In this document: positions 1 through 9,700 of the stretch, one piece after another
Layout: the number at the start of each line of letters is the position of its first letter
Numbering within the stretch: position 1 is the first letter of the stretch
Assembly (NCBI GenBank): GCA_000165345.1
Contig: CM000434.1
Location: 576,001-640,000 of the forward strand
DNA length: 64,000 nt
Reading direction: 5' to 3'
Made by a program: the position numbers and the translations under genes
The notes under the pieces: model-generated
Told to the model about the DNA's origin: nothing
Databases searched by the model: none
Seen by the model: only the letters and a program-made list of their open reading frames with translations

Positions 1-2
1 GA

Positions 3-191
3 CTCAGCCGTTGCAATGAAGACTTCCTTAAGAGAGTCAAAGCTAATGATGCTGCAAGACACGAGGCCCACGTTGCAGGTTTACCATCACCTGTAACAAA
101 GCGTGTTCCACAATTACCAAGAGAAGGTGGATTTGTCGACTGTTCAAATATGGAGGTACTCACTCCTCACATTACTGTCTCTATTTGCTAA
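3..191 (+). CDS. 3' end of an upstream gene, partial (frame 3, ending ...FVDCSNMEVLTPHITVSIC*)
   Basis: Open frame from the window edge to TAA at 189-191. Its GC content is higher than the flanking spacer, which suggests coding. I recognise no domain. A GTACTC..TAG interval at 156-240 could be an intron, but this is not established. Confidence 0.25.
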   Translation, partial: LSRCNEDFLKRVKANDAARHEAHVAGLPSPVTKRVPQLPREGGFVDCSNMEVLTPHITVSIC

Positions 192-390
192 TTTGATGGA
201 ACTGACTTATAGGCACCACTATTTAATTTTTTTTTAGCTTCGTGTTTTCTCTCGTTCGCTCTAATTATCTAAATTTATAACTTGTATCACCTGTAAATAT
301 AGTGTTAGCTCAGGTTTGAAAATATATTGATGAAACAAAAGGGTTCGAGTTACAGAGTAGAGGTTAGTAGAGGTTGAAGTATATACTAGG

Positions 391-2358
391 CTAAATGGCT
401 ATTTTTTGTTCTTGCAGGAAAGGTCCAGTCTCAACTAAATAAAAGACCGTTAGTGAGAAAATGAAGAATGTAAGGATTGGGTATAGAACAGGGAATATAT
501 CAAATACCGACCCAACTTGTATTTCAGCAGACCTCTTGAAAGAATTAAGTGAATCAAAGGGGTCAATTTGATTTGAGTTAGGAAAAGAATAAGCTGATGC
601 TAATTCTGATTTCTGTAGATCAAGAGTAGTTTTTGGTAATATCCAGCCTTCTTTCCAATAATAAGCTTCTAAAAATGCAACTACTGGTCCTTGTTCAAAA
701 ATGTCTTTATCATAGTCATCATCAGTAAGATCGTTTATACTACTCAACATCTGATTAGTTACTTCTGCTGGAGTCTGGTTTGGACGATAGCAGTCAAAGC
801 AAGATCCTATCGGAGGGAATGACACTCCAGTTCCAACGTAAGAAATGGATGACGATCTTTTTTGTTTTAAATGTTCATAACTACTTTCAGTTGCAACTCT
901 TAGAGTTACTAGATTATGAACTCTGAACAGCCAAAAAACCAGACCCTCAGCCTCATAAAGTAAAACTGGGAATTTGTTGTTATTCATGGGAGGAATATAG
1001 GAAGTTCTATCACATGTATTATTATTAATCATTGTTTCAAAATGTTCTTTACAGCTTTGGCATACCATGAAATATTTGACCGTTTCAGCTATTCTATTTA
1101 CGACTTGCCCAGGCGTTAGTGAAGGCCCATTATATAGAGGACAGCCTTTTCCTTGTTGTTGAACGCCTTTAAGCAATGATATAGACCAAGAGTGGAAAAG
1201 AAGCCAAATTCCGCAGAATAAAGACTTTTTGCATATATAAAATGTAGGATCACTACCATTTTGTGTAGTACTTATACCTTCAACAACAACTGTTTTTATA
1301 AAGCTTTGCCAACTTTCCAAAGAAAGTTTGGAATAAATTGAATTATCCCTGTTGTCCATATAATTTTTGAGAAATACCAATATTTCTTCAAGTTTTGCTC
1401 TCGTTCTTTTGCTTGGAATAAGCACCCAACTAGTTTCAACAAATCTATATAGGGCATTTAAACGCCTCTTCTCCAGAAATTGTGAAGTATTTACTACATT
1501 GTTTCCAAAAAAGACCCAATTATGTAAAATATAAAATTTGGTCGTAATTGCATCAACTATTGCATGGGAAGGGCTAATTTGCATCGATTCTTCGCTCCAT
1601 CTACCAAAGTGATTTGAAATGCCAGTTTTTGTTTGTGATATTGCTGAAGTTGATAGTACAGAGTTATTTAATGGCTTGAATACGTTTGATAAGTCAAAAG
1701 CTCGGATAATTGAACACATTAAAAATGTTTCTTCATTTATTACTGGCATAGAAATTGACTTGCTTTTTAAATGCTTCAAATAAGGCACTTCCATCAACTT
1801 TGGAATATGCTTTTCTGGAAATACAATATGCTTTTCTGATTTTCTTGTACAGTTTATATCGCTAAACTCTGTATAATTAATTAATGACTCTAAATTTATT
1901 GTTTTATCCTCGGGACCAATTAGCCTTAGGTTTGGGAGTCCATCTATTCCCCAAATTGAGCATTCGCTATATCCCTTCCCACATTCAAATGCATAGAATT
2001 TTACGCCTGTAGGAGTCAAAGATTCAGCAACTTTTTTTAAAGGATTTGAAGCCATATGGCAGTACGCACAGAATGAAGAGTAAAAAATAATTACTTTTGG
2101 TCCATGTAAATCATTTAAAACTATGTCCCTTAACTCCCCTACGGAAGATAATTCCTTAATAAATGCTGATTTTGTATAAATCCCTTCCTTTGTTTCTATT
2201 CTAAGAAGATGAGCACCCACAAACCATGTGCAAATATACCAAATAAAAAATAATAAGCAACAAAAAATATATCTTGACCACAACATTCTGCTCAATATTC
2301 CATTACTTTTGTCAATCAAGTGATTTTCTCTTTTGTATTTCCATGAAAAACGATTCAT
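391..2358 (-). CDS. Quiescin-sulfhydryl-oxidase-like (QSOX) flavin thiol oxidase: thioredoxin-like domain plus Erv/ALR domain, N-terminal signal anchor, C-terminal TM
   Basis: 655-aa ORF with an ATG start. Thioredoxin-like segment FYSSFCAYCHMASNP carries a CxxC. Erv/ALR-like segment WLLFHSWS...CPLYNGPS...FMVCQSCKEHFETM has the W..H, CxxC and HF motifs. Hydrophobic N-terminus CCLLFFIWYICTWFVGA. C-terminal hydrophobic stretch FPVLYPILTFFIFSLTVFYLV. Confidence 0.7.
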   Translation of the reverse strand: MNRFSWKYKRENHLIDKSNGILSRMLWSRYIFCCLLFFIWYICTWFVGAHLLRIETKEGIYTKSAFIKELSSVGELRDIVLNDLHGPKVIIFYSSFCAYCHMASNPLKKVAESLTPTGVKFYAFECGKGYSECSIWGIDGLPNLRLIGPEDKTINLESLINYTEFSDINCTRKSEKHIVFPEKHIPKLMEVPYLKHLKSKSISMPVINEETFLMCSIIRAFDLSNVFKPLNNSVLSTSAISQTKTGISNHFGRWSEESMQISPSHAIVDAITTKFYILHNWVFFGNNVVNTSQFLEKRRLNALYRFVETSWVLIPSKRTRAKLEEILVFLKNYMDNRDNSIYSKLSLESWQSFIKTVVVEGISTTQNGSDPTFYICKKSLFCGIWLLFHSWSISLLKGVQQQGKGCPLYNGPSLTPGQVVNRIAETVKYFMVCQSCKEHFETMINNNTCDRTSYIPPMNNNKFPVLLYEAEGLVFWLFRVHNLVTLRVATESSYEHLKQKRSSSISYVGTGVSFPPIGSCFDCYRPNQTPAEVTNQMLSSINDLTDDDYDKDIFEQGPVVAFLEAYYWKEGWILPKTTLDLQKSELASAYSFPNSNQIDPFDSLNSFKRSAEIQVGSVFDIFPVLYPILTFFIFSLTVFYLVETGPFLQEQKIAI

Positions 2359-2406
2359 AAATAATCCTCTATTTTGCGATTAACAAGTTACCGGTATTTG
2401 TTCTTT

Positions 2407-2418
2407 ATGGCGCGAAAA
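2407..2418. promoter_or_regulatory. E2F-like box ATGGCGCGAAAA (reverse complement TTTTCGCGCCAT) in the divergent QSOX / NOT2 promoter
   Basis: Matches the canonical E2F/DP site TTTSGCGCS. It lies ~50 bp upstream of the QSOX ATG (2358) and ~165 bp upstream of the NOT2 ATG (2584). Confidence 0.45.
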
Positions 2419-2583
2419 TATAATTATTAATAATAAAATAACCAATAAAAAGGCCAGCTTGCATAACGTGTTTAAAATGATTATTATTTATACCGCTTTG
2501 AAAATTAATAATATTGGAAAATTGTTGAACTGCAATAATAAAGTGTATGTAAGGGATTCATCTTGCCTAACAGTAAATCCTTG

Positions 2584-3570
2584 ATGGATGCTAAAAATCA
2601 GGTACAGAAGAGTTCTTCTTCTTCGTGCGATCAAGAAGATACGTCACCACAAAATAATACCATAAATAGTCAAAATCAATGCGATCAACAAACTTCAACT
2701 CAGAATAATGTAGATAAAGATTTGAGCCTTGAAGACATTTTATATGAAACTAATCAGCAAGCAATCTCTTACAATCGAACAAACTATGGCTTGCTAGGAA
2801 TACTCAACGTAATAAGAATGACCGATTCTGATTTGAATATTCTGGCTCTGGGAACTGATTTGACTACGCTAGGGCTCAATTTGAATTCATCTGAATGTCT
2901 ATATCTTAATTTTGACTCTCCCTGGAGTTCTAGCAAACCAGCTCAGCCTGAATCTGAAACAAACGAAATAATTCAGGCATTTGCAAACACTCCTAATAAT
3001 GTTTCACAAATCATTGGGTTGAAGTCAACGTATGTCCAGAAATTTGCCCTAGAAACCTTGTTTTACATATTTTATAATATGCCACAGGATTTGCTTCAAG
3101 GATTTGCTGCTGTAGAACTGTGTAATAGAGGATGGTTATACTATCCTGATTCATTGCAATGGTATTCAAAGGTTCAAAATGAAGAAAAGCAGACAGCTGA
3201 GTGGCAAGTTTTTGATACCGATAAATGGTGCAAAGTCCCTATATCTGACCCTCCATCAAGTAATTTACTTTCGATAGATGAGATTCGTCCAAGCGTGGAG
3301 GAAGGAGTCAGAATCCACTCCAAATGGATACAAGAGCAAAACCAAATTTATCAAATTGTCCAACAACAAATGCAGCAACAATCGAATAGTCGTAACAAGG
3401 GTTCCGAACCACAAATTAATTCTAATATGAACAATATCAGTGATTTTAGTTCAGCATATAATCAAAGAAGTATTCAACAAACTTTTTCCCAGGCTGGGAA
3501 CAACCAGACAATTAATTCAAACAATTATTCTAATTTTAGATCGTCCAATAGGCATAATTCAAGCTTTTAA
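2584..3570 (+). CDS. CCR4-NOT complex subunit with NOT2/NOT3/NOT5 C-terminal domain
   Basis: The ORF track starts at a TTG at 2563; the first ATG is at 2584 (MDAKNQ...). The segment TLFYIFYNMPQDLLQGFAAVELCNRGWLYYPDSLQWYSK matches the NOT-box. The N-terminus and tail are Asn/Gln/Ser-rich low complexity. Confidence 0.6.
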   Translation: MDAKNQVQKSSSSSCDQEDTSPQNNTINSQNQCDQQTSTQNNVDKDLSLEDILYETNQQAISYNRTNYGLLGILNVIRMTDSDLNILALGTDLTTLGLNLNSSECLYLNFDSPWSSSKPAQPESETNEIIQAFANTPNNVSQIIGLKSTYVQKFALETLFYIFYNMPQDLLQGFAAVELCNRGWLYYPDSLQWYSKVQNEEKQTAEWQVFDTDKWCKVPISDPPSSNLLSIDEIRPSVEEGVRIHSKWIQEQNQIYQIVQQQMQQQSNSRNKGSEPQINSNMNNISDFSSAYNQRSIQQTFSQAGNNQTINSNNYSNFRSSNRHNSSF

Positions 3571-3847
3571 GCGCACTAACTTATTAATACTTTATATATA
3601 TTTAAATTGTTGGCAAAATTAAATGCTTAATTATAAGGTACTAACTACCAAATTTTTTTCTATACATTGTAATGAACTTAATATTTCAATATCACATATT
3701 AGAAAGCCGGACCTGAAGTAGTTTACTTTAATTTTAATTTTTTTTTACCTCGGATTTTTTGTTCGCTTTGTCGCTTACCTCGTACTGCATTTTTACTTTC
3801 GCGCAGTATCTCGATTTATATGTTAATAGTAAATTGAGTTAAAGAAT

Positions 3848-6241
3848 ATGGAACTTTGTGACGACTCATCTGTATTGTTTAAGATATTATTTGAAAGATG
3901 CTTTCAAGAGTATCTCTTACTATGTTGTGACCCAACTGAATCTGCAGCGAACGCTATAAATCTCGCGAATGAACTAGCTCGTAAATGTTCCACTAAAGAC
4001 GAAAAGCAGCTTCTAATATTCGATTTGGAGGGATTATATATGATGATTGAGAAATATAATTTGTGTGACCGTATTTTAGGAAGCTACAAACGTCTTATAA
4101 ATATTAAGAATTGTATTAATAATCTTAAAGAAATTAATTATTCCCTTGAACAATGTAAACAAGTTTTGGCTAAACATAATATGAGCGTCATTGATATAGT
4201 AGGGATTTACTCTGATTATTATATTCTTAATAAGCTGTTTCTTATTGAAGAAGGTGATGACTTCGAGATTAAAATTGATATTGCTCACTTAAAGATGTTT
4301 ACGGATTGGATTGAATTGATGAGTCGTGAATATTTTGAACTAACAATTTTAAAGAATGGTATAAACAACGAACCAATTTCTAATATAATTAGTTTAGCCC
4401 AGTCAAATGTAATAGAGATGATCAGGAACAATTTCAATGTCACCTCTGAAGTTACTCAACATTTTGATGAAAAAGTAGGTAACAGAATCATAAAGCCCTT
4501 TCAAATAAGATTTATCTTAGTGTTACTACAAGGAAATATACTTGAACATGGATTTGGAGGATTTTCTGCTCTTAGAAGTACTCTGAATCTGATTTCCTTG
4601 TTCCACAACAATATTCAAGAAGTTTTAAAAAATTGGTTTATTAAACTTCCACTAGAATATTTAGAGCAGGCAGTTTCTACACTTCAGCAAATGATAAGTG
4701 TCCGATTTTATGAATTATATGACGATCATAATTATGAAAACCTTGATATTATCAGATTCCCCTTCAGGAATATTGCATCAAGTTCCATTAAATCTCTTAA
4801 ACCTGCTTTTCTTAATGATTTAAGAATCTCAAGTAATTTGCTTAGAATATTGTTTGATGCAAATAAAGAAAGAGGAATAATTACAAAAAATTTTGATTTT
4901 TCTAATAATAATAGATTAGATATCTCGCTTTTCACAAATGAAGCAATTAATTCTGCCAAAGCTTTATTGCAATATGAACTCAGGCAATGGTTTTTATCCA
5001 ACCCACCTTCAAACGATACTGAATTTGGTTTATTAAAAAATGCTTATCTCCTTGAGCCGTCTATTAAAGCGCAAGCACTTCAACAAGACTCCTTAATGCA
5101 GCAAAGACTAGAACTTCAATCATCAATTTCCCAAGCACTTGGATCTGTTGAATCCCTTTTCAATCCCACTCAGGCACTTATCCAACCATTTCTTGTACTA
5201 AAAGTCCATAGGGACTCAATTGTAAATGATTCCATGGAACAATTAGTAATTCAAAGTAACTTGAAAAAACAACTTAAAGTCAGCTTTGTTGGGGAAGAGG
5301 GGGTTGACGAAGGTGGAGTTCAAAAAGAATTCTTCCAATTATTGGTTCAAGAAATTTTTAACATTGACTTTGGTATGTTTATTTACTATGAAGATACCCG
5401 ATTATTTTGGTTTAACATGGCATCACTTGAATCAAATGGAGAATTTGAATTGATAGGAATTGTCTTGGCATTAGCAATTTACAATGGAATTATTTTGGAT
5501 GTACATTTCCCTCTTGCTGTATACAAAAAGCTACTTGGGTACAAGGTTGATATCGGCGATTTATATGAAATACAGCCTGAAGTCGCTAACTCGCTACTGT
5601 CACTATTATCAATAAAATCTGATTCTGAAATGGAACAGCTTTGTCTTACTTTTTCTGCAACTATTAATAATTTTGGAGTTATGGCTGAAGTTCCTATTGC
5701 TCCTGGGGAATTTGATCCCTCAGAACCTGTTACAATTTGTAATGTCCATAGATATGTTGAACTTTATTTAGATTGGTTTTTAAACAAGTCCATTGAAAGT
5801 CAATTCAGAGCATTCTACAACGGCTTCCAAAGCGTATGCGGAGGAAGGACTTTAGAATTATTTTCTCCAGAAGAACTAGTGTTAGTTATCTGTGGAAGCT
5901 CTGATTTTAATATTGATTCTTTAATTGAAGCATCGCAGTACCAAGATGGTTATACTAAAGATAGTACAACCGTTGTTATGTTTTGGGAAATAGTCAAAAA
6001 GCTAGACTTGAAGCTACAAAAAAAACTTCTTTTCTTTGTAACTGGTTCAGATAGAGTACCTATGAAGGGTCTGGGCGAATTGGGTTTTGTTATCGGCCGC
6101 CATGGCCCAGACTCTGATTTACTTCCTACTGCGCACACATGTTTCAATTTCTTATTAATACCAGATTACCAGAACAAGGAAAAGCTGGAAAGGCTTTTAC
6201 TTATTGCGCTTGAACATTCTAAAGGATTTGGGCTAAAATAA
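3848..6241 (+). CDS. HECT-domain E3 ubiquitin ligase
   Basis: 797-aa ORF. The C-terminal ~350 aa is a HECT domain ending ...TGSDRVPMKGLGELGFVIGRHGPDSDLLPTAHTCFNFLLIPDYQNKEKLERLLLIALEHSKGFGLK, with the catalytic Cys in TAHTCFN. The N-terminal ~440 aa has no domain I can recognise. Confidence 0.8.
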   Translation: MELCDDSSVLFKILFERCFQEYLLLCCDPTESAANAINLANELARKCSTKDEKQLLIFDLEGLYMMIEKYNLCDRILGSYKRLINIKNCINNLKEINYSLEQCKQVLAKHNMSVIDIVGIYSDYYILNKLFLIEEGDDFEIKIDIAHLKMFTDWIELMSREYFELTILKNGINNEPISNIISLAQSNVIEMIRNNFNVTSEVTQHFDEKVGNRIIKPFQIRFILVLLQGNILEHGFGGFSALRSTLNLISLFHNNIQEVLKNWFIKLPLEYLEQAVSTLQQMISVRFYELYDDHNYENLDIIRFPFRNIASSSIKSLKPAFLNDLRISSNLLRILFDANKERGIITKNFDFSNNNRLDISLFTNEAINSAKALLQYELRQWFLSNPPSNDTEFGLLKNAYLLEPSIKAQALQQDSLMQQRLELQSSISQALGSVESLFNPTQALIQPFLVLKVHRDSIVNDSMEQLVIQSNLKKQLKVSFVGEEGVDEGGVQKEFFQLLVQEIFNIDFGMFIYYEDTRLFWFNMASLESNGEFELIGIVLALAIYNGIILDVHFPLAVYKKLLGYKVDIGDLYEIQPEVANSLLSLLSIKSDSEMEQLCLTFSATINNFGVMAEVPIAPGEFDPSEPVTICNVHRYVELYLDWFLNKSIESQFRAFYNGFQSVCGGRTLELFSPEELVLVICGSSDFNIDSLIEASQYQDGYTKDSTTVVMFWEIVKKLDLKLQKKLLFFVTGSDRVPMKGLGELGFVIGRHGPDSDLLPTAHTCFNFLLIPDYQNKEKLERLLLIALEHSKGFGLK

Positions 6242-6485
6242 CTAAAACACTTCTGTAAATACCGAATGTTCTATTTTTTATCGCTTAAATTATAGAAAAT
6301 AAATGATTAGTTTTTTAAAATATTGATAAATATTGTATTGCTTAGATATTTTTGATAAATTCAGCTATTTAAGACAATAACAATTGATGCTACTTTTTGT
6401 AAATCTTGAAAACCTACGGGATTTATAAATCTCAAAGTTTCACATATATAAAAAAAAGCCTCGTTTTTGTGCTGCAACTCACATA

Positions 6486-6568
6486 GACAGTGTGGCCGAG
6501 TGGTCTAAGGCGTCAGACTTGAAATCTGATGTGGTCTCCACGCGCAGGTTCAAATCCTGCCACTGTCG
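6486..6568 (+). tRNA. tRNA-Ser (anticodon UGA), class II with long variable arm
   Basis: Acceptor stem GACAGTG/CACTGTC is a perfect 7 bp, followed by discriminator G. The anticodon stem TCAGA/TCTGA carries loop CTTGAAA, giving anticodon TGA with U33 and A37. The variable arm is GTGG-TCT-CCAC. The T-arm GCAGG-TTCAAAT-CCTGC has the TTCAAAT loop. A T6 run follows immediately (Pol III terminator). Confidence 0.9.
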
Positions 6569-6780
6569 CTTTTTTACAAAAATCCTTAATGTCAATTCCG
6601 AAATAATAAATTTATATTTTAGTTTTTTGGATTTAAAAAAAATTTATTGTAAATGTTAGTGAGCCATTCAAGTTTACTATCGCAATTATTCGATTTTTCA
6701 TTATTAATTTTTATCTGAGTTTTTTTTTCAGCATTTACTTAATACCGAAGACCAAAAATTTTTCTGAAAAAACTCAATAA

Positions 6781-9700
6781 ATGCCAGAGAGGTTCAAAGG
6801 CATTAAAATCAATACAATATGGGCAATTTTTCGGGTACAGTTTTTAGTATTATTACTTTTTCTTAATAATTTAGCTTGTGAAAATGAAATTTTGGATGAA
6901 TCGGAAAGAAATGCAGCTCTTATAAACAGTTCTTCACATACAAATCCGGATTCAATTCAAAATGAAGTAGCAAACCCAATGAATGAAATTACTCTCCTTT
7001 CAAGTTCAGGAGAAATTTCAAGCTTTAATGCTTTTGAGCTAAATGTTCAAGATCAATGTAATCAACTTTGGACATATAGGAATAAGCTGGTGCATGAAGT
7101 TTCAAATATAGTCAAATTGCATAAACAGTTTGTAATTTTTCTAAATAAAATCGATCCTAAAAAAAATACGGTTCATTTGGAAGAGATATTCAAGAAATCT
7201 TTGGATCTTTCTTTAGCCAGCAATCGTAATGAAGAAATCAACAAAAAATTTAAAGAATATCTTGGGTTGGCAGTAGATTACAGGTTCATCTCTTCAGATA
7301 AAGATGAATCAACAGTAAAAATACTTATTTCCAACAGATCCCCTTTGAAATCTTCACTAAAAGATCTTCTTATTTTAAAAAATGAATATTTAAAGTATAT
7401 TAGTAATTTTGATATTTGCGTTAAAAAAAAAAAAAAAGTGATAAAAAGTGGATCTGACTCTCTAAATGCGTTGATAAACCTTTCTAAACTTTTGAATATT
7501 TCTGAAAACGCATTATATGATGAAAACATTGGCTATCTTGAACAAATTTCCTCAATTACAAACAATCTTGATTCTAATCTTAGTTTTATTAAAACATTAA
7601 AAAAACTTCAAGAAGTTTGCGATAAAGGTCTTGCTCAGGACGATCAATCAAATAAAAAAAGTAAGATTAAATGGTTAAAAAAAAACTCTAATAAAATTAA
7701 CAAAACTATGAGTAGTTTTGAAGATATTTTTAAGATGAATTCAAAAAAAGTCCATAATTTGTTAAATTGTATTAACCACTTTCAAACCTCGAACTCAATT
7801 AATGATAACACTCTAGCAATGGTTAATACAATAGGAAACCAGATTGTAAATCACTCTATAAATAGAAGAAATGTCTTATCAGTTATCTCATCTAGGTATA
7901 CAATTACAACATTAAATACTTATATACTGAACAATAGGTTGTTTTCTTTATGGTTATTTGTTCAAAAAAGATTAACAACCATTCAAATCGCAATTAAAGT
8001 TATGAAAGAATCCAAAGAATTGACTAATCGTATGAATTCTGTTTTTTCTATGGATGAAGCAATTGATTTACTAACAAAGTGTTCCGAAACTTTAAGAAAA
8101 ACTGCATCAGATTGGAATGTTTTTTTTTCTGATAAAAATACACTAATCATTAAAAAACTACACAAAGAAACACTTGAACAGTTAAACCATTATAAATTTG
8201 AGGGTGATCGAAATACGCTTGCAATGTATATGGAATGGATTTGGCTAAATAATCATATTCAAAGTGTTATTGAGCAAGGATATGATGCATTCGAGGGAAT
8301 TATTAAAGGCACTTTGAAAAGTCCGCTTACAAATTGTGCAAAAAATTTAAGCTCACTATATAAGAACCTCAAATCGGAATTTAGTGCTAAGGAAAATTTT
8401 AGTGAGAAAACTATTAAAAAAATCAACAAAGAATATAGAAGTGTATTAAATGATGTTTCAGGTCATTTATTAAAGCAAATAGATTCTCTTTTCTCTCTAA
8501 AACACTCATTTTTGTGGCCACATAATAATGCGACTTTAATTTCAGCAATATCAATGTATAATCGAACTTCAGAGTTTGTAAGCTCAATAAACTTGCCTCA
8601 AGAACAAAATTCATTCGAAAAGCCAAATTATTCTTATGAGCTGTTAAAACAACAACAAATAATTACTAATGGATTTTCTACATTATATGAAAATATTAAA
8701 ACTAGATTTAATTGGGATTTAAGCTTATTCCAAACTGAATTCGGATATGTGAAAAATATTAATCTTGGATTAGATACAGAAGAAACCATTAATTTTTCTA
8801 AACTAAAGGTTTATCAAGATTCTTCTGAACAATTTGGAGAATGGTTTGAAAGCACACTTGAGTTTTTGAATTTGAAAGAAAATTTCTCAAAAGCAAAGAA
8901 TATTCTTGAGCAAGCAATTCAATTCAGATTACAATTTATACAACAGTGGTCCGATATAATTGCAAAGATTATAAATAAAGTAGGGAATCCAACAGCATTA
9001 AGTATTAGTAAAATATCTGAAGAAGCCTACACATACTATTTACAATATCAAGTTTCAAAATCAAAGGAGTTTTCGAATTATTTTGAGAGTGATTTATCTA
9101 TTCTGAAGTACGTAGATGTTGTGGATAATTCACTATCTGATTTAAACAGAGAAAGTTTCGTCTCAAAATTTGAAACTACAAATGCGCCCAATTTAGATGG
9201 TTCTTATCATGGCGATGATGAATTTCCATCTGTATCATCTATTAAAAGTTACTTAACGGATTTAAAAAATAGAGTTGATCATTATTGCAGTTATGAACAA
9301 AAAAGAAACAAAAATGATGAGGATTACCTCTCAATTGTCAGACAGATTTGCGATAAATTTTCCATCATTTTTTCTACTATTAATCAAAATTTAAAAGGAG
9401 TAGATTCAAAATTGCAAAGGGTTTATTCAGATTTAGAATCTCAGAAAGAAGATATTTCGAAACTTGATACAATTATTCAAGATTGCATTTCCTTAGATAA
9501 TAAAGTAGGTAGAGTTAAATGCTGGATTCCAAATCAATCTATTGAATTACCACTGAGAAGGGCACTTCAAATAAGGAAGGTAATGAATAATTGGTTAAGA
9601 GAAACTATTAAAACAAAAGTACTTGTATTTTCAAATTTTATTGAAGATTGCTTGAAGTTGAACTTTAAGGGATCCTTGATTTTCCAAAACAATGAATCAA

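Noticed and set aside
4076-6147. Small antisense ORFs inside the HECT gene (4076..4288, 4732..5001, 5950..6147). Similar nested ORFs occur inside the other large genes, e.g. 19373..20047, 20417..20863, 57055..57726, 59485..60024 and 62530..62834.
   Set aside because: Each lies entirely within, and antisense to or out of frame with, a long ORF that has clear domain homology. AT-rich low-complexity sequence produces long spurious antisense frames with no motifs.
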